Under the pieces are notes generated by a model, which ran no database searches, was not told the DNA's origin, and saw only the letters and a program-made list of their open reading frames with translations. From Trypanosoma brucei (taxonomy: Eukaryota): a stretch of DNA of 64,000 nt. Positions within the stretch are counted from its first letter, which is position 1; the number at the start of each line of letters is the position of its first letter. The translations under genes were made by a program, and so were the position numbers. Below are positions 51,153 to 62,424 of the stretch, one piece after another. The stretch is taken from assembly GCA_000002445.1 (NCBI GenBank), contig CM000207.1:2848001-2912000 (forward strand), in the 5' to 3' direction.

Positions 51153-52879
51153 TGCTGATTTTTTTTCGGTTACTTTTTCTTTTGGTTATTGAGAGCTTCT
51201 TTGGGTTAGGTTTCTTTTTTTGTTTCCTTCCGTGGTGTGATTGGGAAAGTGGTGCTTCGGCGGTCTTGGTTAGAACAGCCGCCGTTACATGGCCGCTGGG
51301 GCCATAAGAGAATCCTGCTTAGTGTATGGTGTCTCTGGCTCGTTTCTGTTGGCAGCTGCTGCTCGTATTGGTTATAAGAGTTCAGCTAGCTTTCTTATGT
51401 TGATGTGCCGGCTCCGGACTTGCAACGAGTCACTTGCGTTTCTTTTTGTTAGATTGGTAAACAATTAGCACAGTTATTTGAATATAGCTGTTTTAATCGC
51501 TTCCTTAGGAATGTAGCTTGTCTAATGGATAGACGTGTTATCACAATCAATGCCGACGTTGTAACTTTCTGAATTCTTAGCCAACTAGGCATTGGTTGAT
51601 AAATTAAGTAAGACCGTGGATAGTAACTTAAATAAGTCAAAGGAATTTCATTTTATCCCGTTCTCGCCGGATACACTTCTATTGAGCTGGTTTTGTAGCT
51701 GAGAATCACTGGTGTGAAGACCGTTTCCTGCGTGCACCGGTATTACTCCGGCGCAAAAATAGTTGCAGGCTTGTTGTAGAGACTATTTCAAAGGTGTTCT
51801 AGCGTCGCTGTTTTATGCCTTTGTGGTTTAAGCGACTCCAGATAGAAGATTAGCACAATCAGTTATTTATTTATTGCTAGCCAAAAGACCAAGCAGCGTT
51901 ACAAGTAAACACGCCATATATAGGCTACTATAGTTAGTGATGTTGTTGGTTTGTTGGCTTCACTTGTTGACCAGTCTCAGTTTTTCCACAATTGTAGGTA
52001 GCTCTGCCGTTTTAATTGCTTGAATTATCTTTTGTGCACGATCCCTGGCCAAATGTAAGCAAACTATTGTATAAAGTTGTGCAGCACTGTATTTTTTTCA
52101 ACGTACATGAAAAATAAAAGAAAGAATGCTGATTTGGTTAATTTTATTGTTTATGGTAAAAATAACGCAGTTAACACCAGAAATATCAACTTTTAAATCT
52201 GTACTGTACAATGCTATATCCGTATATAAAAGATATATCATTTATGGTCAGTGCCTGCTTCTGTTGCTGTCCACCCCCTGTTGCAGCGATGGTTCTACAG
52301 TAATAATATAACGATGACACTTCGGTCATACGCATGACCTTGCTAATTGTTTAATACCTGTCGTGCCTGACCCTCATAGTAGTTTATAATGGAAATGTCT
52401 TTGGCTTTTTATTCGCCTTTTTGGTTTTATCGATGCCACCTCAGTGCGCATACTTATGTGAACTATACATTCCTTAAATGACCTCAACCTTTTTCTATTG
52501 AGCAAGCATGGAATCGGAAAAGTACCACTATTGTTCATTTTTACTTTATAAAGCTTTGCTGAGGGGTTCCATCTCCCGGTTCCTCTCCATGAGAATTCTT
52601 CGAGTTTGCACATTATTCAGAGACCCCTTCTTTTGTTAATACCATCTGTAACGTAAAAGATGTACTAAGAGTGCACTCTGCACTTTGCGTATACCTTTTT
52701 TTCGACTAATTCATCTCCATGTTTAAGATAACATACATCGTCATATTAGTGTTTGATACTGTATACATTCCCTCCCCATATATCGCTCTTCTAGTTATTT
52801 CTCCCCTACTATTACTACAAGTGCATCTATTTTATCCTTACCATACACTTTTTGCACTTGCCCTATTCCAATATCAGTA

Positions 52880-53030
52880 CACACACACACAGAACATTTT
52901 TCTCTTATTATTATTATTATTATTACATTTATTATATTAGTATAGTCACACTCACAACATACTACTATTACTACTATTTCTAATACTCTCATACCCTAAC
53001 TAATATCCGTAAAATCGACAAAAACTAAAA
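52880..53030 (-). repeat. 70-bp repeat region
   Basis: cacacacacagaacatttttctcttattattattattattattacatttattatattagtatagtcacactcacaacatactactattactac. Confidence 0.8.
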
Positions 53031-53224
53031 AAAAAGAATGTTGCTTATTAGTACACGCATTTCATACACTAACATCATACTTTACACCTATAGACTACTA
53101 TTATATTAAAATTTTGTATTTTTAATATCTTTATCATTTACACATCTTCATAAATTTCATGAAATTAGCAAAAAATTCACTAGAAGTTTCAAAAGACCAC
53201 ACAACTCATAAAGACAATTATAAT

Positions 53225-53417
53225 CAGAAATAATTATTATTTACAAGGAACCTGTAGTCTTTGAAAGCATTATTTTCCTATTTTCAATTGCTAGTGCAAT
53301 CTCTCTGTTGGTTATATTTGCATTTTGAAGAAGTTTGCGTCCCTTCAGTTCCTGTTTGTATTGCTGTTTTCTATATTGCTTTCGTGTTAGATTTGCAGTT
53401 TTTTCCATCTTTCTCAC
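53225..53417 (-). pseudogene. VSG: VSG 3' fragment (CTD plus decayed GPI tail) truncated by ingi
   Basis: Reverse complement reads …KDGKNCKSNTKAI..KCKYNQQRDCTSN.. then AFKDYRFLVNNNYF*. The segment 53215-53290 is near-identical to the CTD-end/GPI segment of 5578..7157. The fragment ends at the ingi poly(A). Confidence 0.65.
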
Positions 53418-53689
53418 TTTTTTAAAATTTTTTTCGTGCCTTCGTGAGAGTTTCCCCACACACACACTGGCGCGGCCATCAGCCATCACCGTAGAGCCCT
53501 GAGATGCTATCGGTCTGGCGACTGTGGCAGAGTCTTCCTTTTTATTCAGCCTAACACACTCTCTATAATTTTTGTTGTAGCTCCGCAGTTGAACGGAATA
53601 CAGCAGATGGGGCGAGAAGCCCCCCACACCGGACTCTCCAAAAGGTGTCAATTAGCAATCCTTTTGTTTTGATTTTTGTTATTCGTTTA

Positions 53690-55030
53690 TTATTCTCTCT
53701 CCCTCTTTCTGTTTCTGTTGCTTGTTGATTGCATACCCCCTCTGTCTCTGAGGGTGTCTGGACTATTCCTGCGTCCGGTGCTTTTCCTGCTAGCTCCACT
53801 CTCGGCAATAAGGGGGAAAGTTGCAGAAAGGAGAGTGGGTTGTATAACTGTTACATTAGGGGAGGACTTCACATGCGGCCGGTTCCGTTCAACCGCAATG
53901 AGAAATTGCGCCAGTCTTTTAGAGAATAATACATCCTGCACACACACACCTTCTACCGCAAACCTGACACGTAACTCCTTCAAACCGGGGCAGCTCATCA
54001 AGTGCAGCGACGTTTCTTCGCAGTCGCCGCGTTGGCTGGTAACAGCGCGCTCTACCTTCATACTGTGCATCTTATTTTGATGTAAGGTGAGGCCAGTTTT
54101 GCTAGCACACTGCCTTCCGCATGTCAGGCACATCAACATGGATGTGTTTGTATGTGGGGAATCAGTGACACACAATTTTGTGCTTTTGCTGCATTAAAGC
54201 TCGACTCTCTCACCTTTATGGAAAGCCTTACAGTGTCGGATGAGGGAGTCCCTGCAACTGAGCACTTTTTGGCACACACCACACTGCTCCTCGCCTTTCC
54301 CCGGGACGTCAACGTTTCCTTCACGGGCACGCTTACGAGGGAATTGCACCACCACCACGGTACCGTCCTCCGTCACTATGCTCTTATGTTTGAATTTCTT
54401 GTGTAGTGACAGAGAAGAGCGTGTACCGAAGCTCGCCTCGCACAGGTCACATTATAACGGCAGCTTCCGTGTATCCTGAGGGGCTGGCGCTGCTGGGGCT
54501 CTACCATTTCCTTGCAATGAGTCCTCGTTCTCTCGCCCCCTTTTCATGCGGCAACTACCGCTGCCTATGCCATGTATTGTTCTAAGGTGGTGTAATAGTC
54601 GGCCTGGCACTGCGAATTTGGAGTCACAGAGGGTACAATGAAGCACCTGCGGTCTCATCGAGACTCGTGTACTCGATGGTAGAGGAACGATCGCCACCAC
54701 TGGAGGGGGCTTCGGGGAGATATCCACTGCAGGTCTTGCATCGCCGTATTTGATCCTCCAGAGGGCATCAGCTCGCACAAAGCCGTGTTTGTTTACCATA
54801 TGCGTTACAGCACTCGAGCGTCATTGGTATGTGGCATCACATTCCGTACATTTGATCGGTTCGGAGGGTTTCTGAAGAGTGCGTGTCGCAACAGTTGGGA
54901 CCGTTTGTATTGTTGGTCCTATCGCTGCATGTTGCGGGTTACACCATCGGCACTGTGGAGGCACACTCGGGTTGATCTTTCGCAACATCCATCCATAGTG
55001 CCTTGAAAACCCAACCCGAAAGCGTGCCAC
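53690..55030 (-). pseudogene. ingi C-terminal zinc-finger region, broken into at least 4 frames
   Basis: C2H2 fingers (CLTCGRQCASKTGLTLHQNKMH, CGVCQKVLSCRDSLIRHCKAFH, CTLCDSKFAVPGRLLHHLRTIH, CTECDATY) are spread over ORFs 53690..54175, 54194..54376, 54452..54799 and 54821..55030. Confidence 0.75.
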
Positions 55031-55167
55031 TGTTGTTTCTTCTTCCCTCGTCAGTTCTTCTTTATGTTTTGTTGGAAAGTGGTTGCCGTGATACCAAACC
55101 TATGAGTGTTCTCATGGACTTCTTCCGACCTAAGCACTCGCTTCGCATAAGCAATGATGTCGGGGAT

Positions 55168-57990
55168 CTATGTGTCTCGAAACTGTGGTAAATCAGCAGC
55201 CTTTTTCGCCATTTCATTACAAACCTCATTCCGTTTCACGCCACAATGGCCAAACACAAATTGCTGTCGGATACGTATCTTCCTTCTCTGAACTTGAAGC
55301 AGAAGCCTCCATAGTCGTCTTAGAATTGGGTCCGTCACGGCTAGGGGGCATGTCTGCAGTGCTGTTAACATTGACAGCGAGTCAGAGAAGATGGACAACC
55401 TGCTCGGTGTGCTTCTGTATGCCGGAAGCCATTTCAGCAGCCGTTGCAGTCCTATCTCTAATGCTACGCATTCCGCTCTGTAACTGCATGAGAGTTCCCC
55501 TGCTCCGGTCTTGGGTGCACAAATCAGCGTGTTGTTTCTATAGAGCAGGGCAGCTGCCCCGGACTTCTCACCGAGGGACACGGATCCATCAGTACACAAT
55601 TCGTAGTGCTCTCGCCGCGGTGGCTCCTTCCCCCTCCGTGCAAAATGCCGTTCAATCCACTTTTCGGAAGCCTCCCTTTTGACATCGTCAGGGTCATCAG
55701 CGCACACAGGCTTTATCTGCGTGTGAAATATCGGTCGGCAGCTGTGGCGGAGCGTCGATGTCTCTAGTGGGTGCTCGCGTGGCTCAATGCGGAGGTGGGG
55801 GTAGGACCGCATGATGCGGGAATGTAAGACTCTGACTGGGTGTTTGCTGTGGTATACTTCTTCAGCACTGCGCCGTAAACATCCGCCTCGTGACTCACAC
55901 ATCAGCATGAATTTTATGCTGTGCACAAGAGTGGCCGTCTTGAGTGGCAGCAGGTTTGCTTCCAGCAGAGAGTTCTCTTTGCGCGTCCCATGCGGTATGC
56001 CGGCTATGATGCGACTGGCTTTGTGTTGTGCTGCTGCAAGGAGGTCTAGACTTCGTTTTGAAGCGTCCCAGTACCATACCTCAATGCCATACATGGTGTG
56101 TGCCTGTACGAGTGCTAGATAAAAAGCTCTCAGTACTTGTCGTCTTGGCCCCCATGTAGAAGCTGAGATGGATGTTATCTGCAGTAGTCTCAAGTCCATG
56201 TTGCGTCTCGTTTCGGCTGTATGTGTTGCCATCCCCTGCAGACACTGGAATGTTACTCCTAGAAGCTTCGGTGTCCTGTCAGCTCCTATTCTTTCGCCGT
56301 CCAGTTGTAATGTAAGGGGGTGGCGCTCTATACACCCGAAGAGTGTGCACTCTGTTTTCGCTACGCTGATAGACATGAAGTACTCTTTTGACCACTGTAA
56401 CACCACGTTTAGGCCGCATTGCAGTGTGTGGTTGATGGCATCCCTCTCTGTGTGCCTCGCAAGTAGCGTTAGGTCGTCTGCAAAGAATCCGTGCTGCAGC
56501 AACGGCACTTCTGCAAGGCGTTGGCTCAACGAGTTCATGACAATAATGAACATGATTGGGCCAAGGACAGTTCCTTGTGGCACTCCTCGCTCAAATGTTC
56601 TGCTTCTGGAAAGCTTCTCCTTGAATCTCACTCTGCCAGTTCGGTTACTCAGAAATGATACGCACCACTTCACAATGTGGTGTGATACCTTCATTCTGTG
56701 CATTTCCCTCGCAACTTTGTCGTGGTCTACTGTATCGAATGCCTTCTCGTAGTCAACGAATACAGCACCCGTACGATATTGGTGCGTGGGACGGCAGAGG
56801 GCAGCGCGGACGTGCAGCAGTTGTTCGAGCGTTGAGCATCCGGGGCGAAAGCCTGATTGCTGCGGCGTCAGCTGGGACTCAACAGTGTCTCTAATCCTTG
56901 CGGCAATTATGCGTTCCATGACTTTGCAGAGACAGCTCGTGAGCGTCACAGGCCTGTAAGAATCGAGGTCCTCCGCCTTTTTTCCGGCCTTCAGGATGGG
57001 GATGATAACACCAGTCTTCCATGCAGGCGGCACGACTACCGTTCGTAGGCTCTCATTGAATAGCCTCAGAACAACATTCAGCGCTGTTCTGCCGAGATGT
57101 TGCAGTGCCTCGTTGTGTAAGCAATCAGGTCCGGCTGCGGATCCACTCGGTAGCAGTTTGATCGATCTCCGTAGTTCAGCCATCGTGATGGGACTGAACT
57201 CACTCGCTATCGTCTTTATTGGTGCTGGTGGGTGTGTGTCGGGATGCCTTCTTGCTTGAGACGAGTACAGTTTACTGAACCTCTCAGCTTGACGGTAGTC
57301 CGTGATGGCCGTGTTATCAACAAGTACAGCCGGTGTGGTTAGTGGTCGTGGCGCATATACCTTCTTGACAATGTGCCAACTGCAGCGGTCTGACACCGCA
57401 AGTCTGGAGCATAGTGTGCTCCATCTCTTCTTTGTGGTACGGTCCAGGATCTGCTTACGTGTGGCTACCAACTTTTCCCTTCGGTGGGAGGGTCCGCATC
57501 CAGCGATCTCTTCATCGAGTTTCGCGAGCTCAGGTGTCCAATGTGGTGGCGTTGCTCTGCAGCTACGGGGGACGGAGACCTTCGTCGCAATGCGGATGGC
57601 GGAGCTCAATTTCTGTTCCAGGGTGTTGACATTCTTCTCTCTACTAATTTTCCTGCAGAGCTCGTCAACCTTGAGATGGAAATTCCTCCAGTTAGCTTTT
57701 AGCCATGCGTACATGAGCTTTCGAAGCCGCGGGCAACTCAGTGCATCTGTGTCGTCTCCAACGATAACGTCGAAAAATATGTGATGGTGATCGCTATCGG
57801 GAGAATACAGCGATGTCCACGTGTACACTGTGCGATTCCTTGACAGTGTCACATCAGGGGTGGACTCCCCGTGGTGGCGCGCGTACCTGGTGCACTCACC
57901 AGTGTTGCAGACCAGAAACTGGTTGTCAATGCACCACTGTGTGAGGGTTTCACCCTTTGTATTTGGTGGGCTCGCGCGATCCCATGCCAA
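55168..57990 (-). CDS. ingi reverse transcriptase / RNase H portion (940-aa frame)
   Basis: RT motifs PDCLHNEALQH.., FRPGCST.., GVPQGTVLGPIMF, FADDLTLL, followed by an RNase H-like region. It overlaps the endonuclease frame by 142 nt in a different frame, implying a frameshift versus the canonical single ingi ORF. Confidence 0.85.
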   Translation of the reverse strand: MAWDRASPPNTKGETLTQWCIDNQFLVCNTGECTRYARHHGESTPDVTLSRNRTVYTWTSLYSPDSDHHHIFFDVIVGDDTDALSCPRLRKLMYAWLKANWRNFHLKVDELCRKISREKNVNTLEQKLSSAIRIATKVSVPRSCRATPPHWTPELAKLDEEIAGCGPSHRREKLVATRKQILDRTTKKRWSTLCSRLAVSDRCSWHIVKKVYAPRPLTTPAVLVDNTAITDYRQAERFSKLYSSQARRHPDTHPPAPIKTIASEFSPITMAELRRSIKLLPSGSAAGPDCLHNEALQHLGRTALNVVLRLFNESLRTVVVPPAWKTGVIIPILKAGKKAEDLDSYRPVTLTSCLCKVMERIIAARIRDTVESQLTPQQSGFRPGCSTLEQLLHVRAALCRPTHQYRTGAVFVDYEKAFDTVDHDKVAREMHRMKVSHHIVKWCVSFLSNRTGRVRFKEKLSRSRTFERGVPQGTVLGPIMFIIVMNSLSQRLAEVPLLQHGFFADDLTLLARHTERDAINHTLQCGLNVVLQWSKEYFMSISVAKTECTLFGCIERHPLTLQLDGERIGADRTPKLLGVTFQCLQGMATHTAETRRNMDLRLLQITSISASTWGPRRQVLRAFYLALVQAHTMYGIEVWYWDASKRSLDLLAAAQHKASRIIAGIPHGTRKENSLLEANLLPLKTATLVHSIKFMLMCESRGGCLRRSAEEVYHSKHPVRVLHSRIMRSYPHLRIEPREHPLETSTLRHSCRPIFHTQIKPVCADDPDDVKREASEKWIERHFARRGKEPPRREHYELCTDGSVSLGEKSGAAALLYRNNTLICAPKTGAGELSCSYRAECVALEIGLQRLLKWLPAYRSTPSRLSIFSDSLSMLTALQTCPLAVTDPILRRLWRLLLQVQRRKIRIRQQFVFGHCGVKRNEVCNEMAKKAADLPQFRDT

Positions 57991-58664
57991 CTCGCGTGTG
58001 CGTTAGCGTCTGCACCGATGAGCTTGGCACCGTCAGTTGTCAGAAGCGTATCTAGGTCAGTTGCCGTGAAGGTGTGTTTTGGTGGGATGTATGCCGACGT
58101 GACAGTCAGCGCCGTTCCACGTGCAAGGTGAATTGTTGCATGCACTTGTTCAATGCGACCAACAACGGCCATACCGGTCTCGACTGGCAGGTCCTCCCTC
58201 ACTAGTATTGATACACCACCTCCTTTGCAGTTACGAGCTATTCCGTGATGTTGGTAGCCAGAAACGCTAAAGCAAGCCGCCTCTCCAGGCGTCATCCTTG
58301 TCTCGCTCAACAGACAAAAGGCGATCCGCTCATCAACAAGGGTTTTGTAGAGTGCTAATCTCTTTCCTTGAGATAGCCCGGCGTAGTTCCACTGCATCCC
58401 GCGCAACGACGGGCCGGGATTCTCTTCCACATCACCGGACAGCAGCATCTTAGTGCGGATGATACTGCTGATGGCACGCTGGCACGTGCCCAGGGACCGA
58501 CAAATGAAGAACGGTGTCCCAGCAAGACGCTGCTGATCCCTGTGCTGTATGATGCCGTAGCCGGAGCACAGCAGTGTTCCCCATGAAAGGAATGCTTCTG
58601 ACTCTTGGCTTCCCCCGATGATACGGGGTACTGGACCCTGGCACCACGTTGAAGTGGCCGGCAT
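57849..58664 (-). CDS. ingi N-terminal segment with 2A peptide plus AP-endonuclease domain
   Basis: …RTKMLLSGDVEENPGPSLRGMQWNYAGLSQGKRLALYK…VSILVREDLPVE…: the 2A-like D(V/I)ExNPGP motif followed by an APE-like fold. The ORF-track start lies inside the Pr77 region and is probably not the true start. Confidence 0.8.
   Translation of the reverse strand: MPATSTWCQGPVPRIIGGSQESEAFLSWGTLLCSGYGIIQHRDQQRLAGTPFFICRSLGTCQRAISSIIRTKMLLSGDVEENPGPSLRGMQWNYAGLSQGKRLALYKTLVDERIAFCLLSETRMTPGEAACFSVSGYQHHGIARNCKGGGVSILVREDLPVETGMAVVGRIEQVHATIHLARGTALTVTSAYIPPKHTFTATDLDTLLTTDGAKLIGADANAHASWHGIARAHQIQRVKPSHSGALTTSFWSATLVSAPGTRATTGSPPLM
58410..58433 (-). other. 2A-like self-processing peptide motif DVEENPGP
   Basis: Residues 78-85 of ORF 57849..58664. 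A motif of this type is known from trypanosomatid L1Tc/ingi elements. Confidence 0.7.
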
Positions 58665-58672
58665 CGCCAGGG

Positions 58673-59090
58673 AGCAGCAGAAGCAACGCTCCGGCAGCAG
58701 GCGAAATCAAAGCCTTGCACTACAAAAGAAAGCAAAGATCAACCCCAAAATATAGACATCGACACTCGCGCGGAAAAAGGAGTAGGAGATGAGTGCAAGC
58801 ACTCATTCAAGTTGTGAGTAACAGGCGACAAGAAAAAATGAGTAAAAGATCCGTATTTCGCCAAAAAAGCAGAGAAGGCAAAAGAAGGTGAGAAAATGCC
58901 CTCAGATAAGTGTACAAAACATGGCACTGATAAGGCAAACTGTAAAAAAAATGAGGGATTGGAAGTAGGAGCAAAATATCCATGTAGATGTATTGAAGAC
59001 AAGTGCAAATACTCTGATTTTCTAGTAAATAAGCAATTTAATCTCATTGTTTATTCTTTAATACGTTTAGTTAAATTAAAAAATTATTAA
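58673..59090 (+). pseudogene. VSG: VSG 3' fragment on the plus strand, truncated at the ingi 5' end
   Basis: ORF 58896..59090 reads …KYPCRCIEDKCKYSDFLVNKQFNLIVYSLIRLVKLKNY* (CTD plus GPI-like tail). Upstream, 58673-58830 reads CTD-like K/C-rich sequence in another frame. It is followed by a plus-orientation 16-mer-like motif and a 70-bp repeat. Confidence 0.65.
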
Positions 59091-59162
59091 CATTTAAAGA
59101 TTATTGCTCAATTTTATAAATATCTATTTTCTTGAGAAAATTTGGTAACATTAAAGAAAATT

Positions 59163-59178
59163 TGATATATTATAAAAC
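59163..59178 (+). promoter_or_regulatory. VSG 3'UTR 16-mer (degenerate, plus orientation)
   Basis: tgatatattataaaac versus TGATATATTTTAACAC, about 70 nt after the stop at 59090. Confidence 0.55.
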
Positions 59179-59317
59179 TTTTGTAAAACATTTCAAAATA
59201 TGAACAGTTAGAAATGTGATATAAAAGTTGCCTATGTAATCAAATTAGTATTGTAATAAGCTACGAAAAATAGGTGCTCTTTTCAAATTTTTTTTGTTTT
59301 TTATTCTTATTTTGTGA

Positions 59318-59415
59318 ATATTAGTCATGATCATGATAATAATAATAATAATGATAAAATAATGTTGTAAGTGTGTGTATACGAATAATATAATGGTGAA
59401 ATTGGTAATGCACCA
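59318..59415 (+). repeat. 70-bp repeat region, plus (canonical) orientation
   Basis: atgatcatgataataataataataatgataaaataatgttgtaagtgtgtgtatacgaataatataatggtgaaattggtaatg is the reverse complement of the motif seen in the minus-strand cassettes. Confidence 0.85.
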
Positions 59416-60757
59416 TTTATTCACTTTCCAAAGGCAGTCGGTAGCTTGGGAGGAGAAAGCGAAATTTATTGTGAAAAATCTTACTTAGTATAAAGAGTTG
59501 AAAAGCAAGCAATTTAACACTGGATATTTGGAGGATACTCTATATTACGCTAAACGATGGAAATTGAACTTTTAATATGACAGTTTTTTGCATAGTGGCC
59601 GAAGAATACAAATTTGTTCCTGCTTCATAAAGTGTTGCGCGATTTATGGCGCGCTGCCGGAAAGACAATACTTGTGCCGACAACAACACATAAATGAATC
59701 TGCGATGACGAGGCACAACCGGCGTGCCAAAAAGCCAGTAACTGTGGATAACAAGAACAGCCCACGCACAACCTTGCACAAGCCAGCCAAAAAGACAAAC
59801 CGAGCAAACAGAAACAGTCTTCAACACAACAACACAGCTGTGAAACGACATTGAACCAACAAAACCGGAGACATCAAGAATGAAGAAGCTCCATCGGCAA
59901 ATGTTCGACACTAGATACTTTCTTCAGAAACAGAGAGACACAGAACTTAACCAAACGGTCTTTACTCCGAAGTCAAAAGATCAGACACGCTCAAAAAAAT
60001 TTCAAAGGCAACATAATAAACATAGCAAACTCCCTTGCGGTTTAACCTAAAATAACAGAGTAGGCAAGCAACACAGGTCAAAAAAACGCGGAGTTCGCAA
60101 CTCCATGTTGAATTTATACTTACACACGAGCTAAACGGCTGTGCGAACTCGAAAAAGCCTTCAATCACAAAGGCGGCGTTCTCAATCCAATATTCAATGC
60201 CAACCTGACGAACGCACCTTATTCCTAACTAAAAACGAGAATGGAGGCGCCAGCAAAACATAAAGGAACAAGCAACAAAAAAGACAGCAGTAAAGGAATG
60301 GTCGAAAGAAGTCTCCCAGAGGCACAAAAAGAACCCCAGCCGTAACTCTACCGAAGACTATGAACCGTCAAAGGAAGCAGCATGTGACATCCTTACAAAT
60401 GTAGAAAAAAGCAGCATACACCAACAGCCAAAAGTACTCACAGAGCAACCTAGATCTTACAAACAGTAGTTACCTGCAGCATACAAGATTTTAATGGTAC
60501 ATTCTTCAAAAGCAATAAGGGACAAGCCAGCAATATTCTACAAACTAAGCGCTCAGCAGCGCGGAAACACCTACTGTAATTCAGACTTTTTTCAAACCAA
60601 ACATTGAAACATTCATCAAAAACAACAACGCTAAGCTCATTCTCTTTTAGGAAATTTTGAGATAGAGTCAGAAAAATGATATATTTGAGTATGCCAACAC
60701 GGTGGCTTTTTAGAATCTCAGTGAAAGTGGCATTGCTTTTAATTACCAGCCGGGCGT

Positions 60758-62200
60758 TTGCCAACATCGCTAAAGATGACAGCGTCAGGGAGATGGGCGC
60801 TCTGTTGGCTGATTGAACTAGGCAACAAGCGGGAAACACTAGCCATTCAGCCCCCAACTCAAAACACGGATTTGGACGATATCCTAGAGTTTAATACGAC
60901 CGTATCAGACCAAGCTTGGCTGGACCTGTTCCGAGACAAAACAAACAAGGAGACAATACGCGCATTCCCAGACGACGAGCTCGGGCAACACCCGGACTGG
61001 AAAGAAAGATGGAACAAATGGCAGGCAGCTGCTTTAAACGTAATCAAGCCGGACGGGCAACAAGCTGCACTGGCAAAGCACAAGCTAAAAGATATAACCA
61101 CAGAGAAGGAGGCGGCAATCCGCCCACCTGTCCAGCGCCACGCGGCCGAGGCAACTGCAACCAACGAACACATGCAAAAAGCAGCGCCGACAGAAAATCT
61201 GCTAAACGACAGCGCCTTACAACAAAAGCTAAACACGGCGCTCTACGGCGACAAAACCGGGAGCGACGCTCCTTCCGACGAAAGCAAACTTTTCAAGGGG
61301 GCAGCCACCGCCGCCGGGCCAAAATCAGCGTGCGAAGGCAGCACGCAAAACAACAAAGCCGTAACAGTCACGGCAGCTTTGCTATGTATATGCACCAGAC
61401 AGAACGGCGCAGGCAGCAACGAAGGCAGCGCGTGTGAGTACGTCACAGGGACCACCCAGACGTGGCCAGGAAGCAGTAACTATCCAGCCGCGGCAGCAAT
61501 ATCTGAAGCAGTCAAACTATGTGACTTACAGACAAAACACCATATTACGGCGGATACACTCGCAACGAAGCTACTGCACATCACAAAACTAATCATGCGC
61601 GTAAACGGAGCGGCGACCTTTGGTAAAACAATCAACGGCCAATGCACGGGCAGCCAAGACGGAGGCATGTGCGTAAAATACACAGACCTACGGACCAGCG
61701 GAAGTAAAACATAAACAGACATACCTTGGCTCGGTCAGCTACAGAAACTAGTGACAGTACTACGAAAGCACGAAAAAGCAGTACAGGTTCGCCAACAAGC
61801 ATCAGACGCAATAAGGAAAAAACGGCTACAAGCTCAATCACTGATCTACAGCGAATCACCACAAGCTCGAGAACAAATGCAACCCAAAAACTGCATACCA
61901 CAAAAAAAAACACCAAAGAATGTGAACAGCACAAGAACAACAAAACTGCATGCACAAATGCCAACTGCAAATGGTAAGAAAAAATGAAAAAGAGGAATGC
62001 AAACCTAAAGATGAAGAAGGACAGTCAAACACAGCAGAAGATGGAGTTTCAGGAGCAGCTGCAAAAGAGAAATGCAAAGGGAAACCCCAAGGCGAGTGCA
62101 AATCGCCGGATTGCAAATGGGAAGGTGCAACTTGAAAAGATTTTAGTTCCCTCACCAATAAGAAATTGGCTCTGATGGCTGCTGTATTTATTAGCTTAGT
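60758..62200 (+). pseudogene. VSG: VSG pseudogene on the plus strand (B-type N-domain; CTD frameshifts; degenerate GPI end)
   Basis: ORF 60758..61714 (318 aa) is a B-type N-domain (…LDDILEFNTTVSDQAWLDLFRDK…) with a poor signal peptide. CTD pieces 61726..61977 (KECEQHKNNKTACTNANCKW) and 61950..62135 (CKGKPQGECKSPDCKWEGAT) are in 2 further frames. A tail KDFSSLTNKKLALMAAVFISLVEL.. has no clean stop. Confidence 0.75.
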
Positions 62201-62424
62201 AGAATTAAAAACATTCCAAAAGATTTTTGCACAATTTTATGAAATTTGACAAATTTTAACACTTTTGACGAATATGTAAAATTTTATTGAAATTTTAAAA
62301 ATTTAGATAAGTTTAAGAATTTGAAATTTTTTATATGGTAGAGGACTATGAGTTTTAAATACCGTGGGAGAGAGTATGAAAAGTTAGTGCTATTTCGAAA
62401 TTTTTATCATTTGTTGATATTATT

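Larger units (their letters stand above)
53418..58672 (-). mobile_element. ingi: ingi non-LTR (LINE-like) retrotransposon, about 5.25 kb, degenerate copy
   Basis: Minus-strand ORFs encode an APE-type endonuclease (57849..58664: LRGMQWNYAGLSQ..), a reverse transcriptase (55168..57990, 940 aa, FADDLTLL box) and a frameshifted C-terminal region with several C2H2 zinc fingers (53690..55030). An interrupted poly(A) lies at 53418-53434 as a plus-strand T-run. The 5' end reads CCCTGGCGATGCCGGCCACTTCAACGTGGTGCCAGGGTCCAGTACCCCGTATCATCGGGGGAAGCCAAGAG in rc, Pr77-like. Length matches ingi. Confidence 0.9.

Noticed and set aside
52880-52893. Short (CA)n runs (52880-52893, 53455-53466) and the TAA/TTA triplet runs as independent microsatellite features
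   Set aside because: They are part of the 70-bp repeat or ingi terminal region and are not separate elements.
1461-53030. A regularly spaced repeat array that could be mistaken for a CRISPR locus
   Set aside because: The units are 3.5 kb apart and not identical. They are triplet-rich 70-bp VSG repeats separating eukaryotic VSG cassettes, and there is no cas-like context.
53676-57784. Plus-strand ORFs within the ingi (53676..54080, 55170..55682, 55811..56122, 56168..56752, 57302..57784)
   Set aside because: They are antisense to the recognisable RT, endonuclease and zinc-finger frames and carry no motifs.
58739-59047. Minus-strand ORF 58739..59047 adjacent to the ingi 5' end, as a possible continuation of the minus-strand VSG
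   Set aside because: The translation has no VSG character, whereas the plus strand over the same DNA reads as VSG CTD plus GPI tail followed by a plus-orientation 16-mer and 70-bp repeat.
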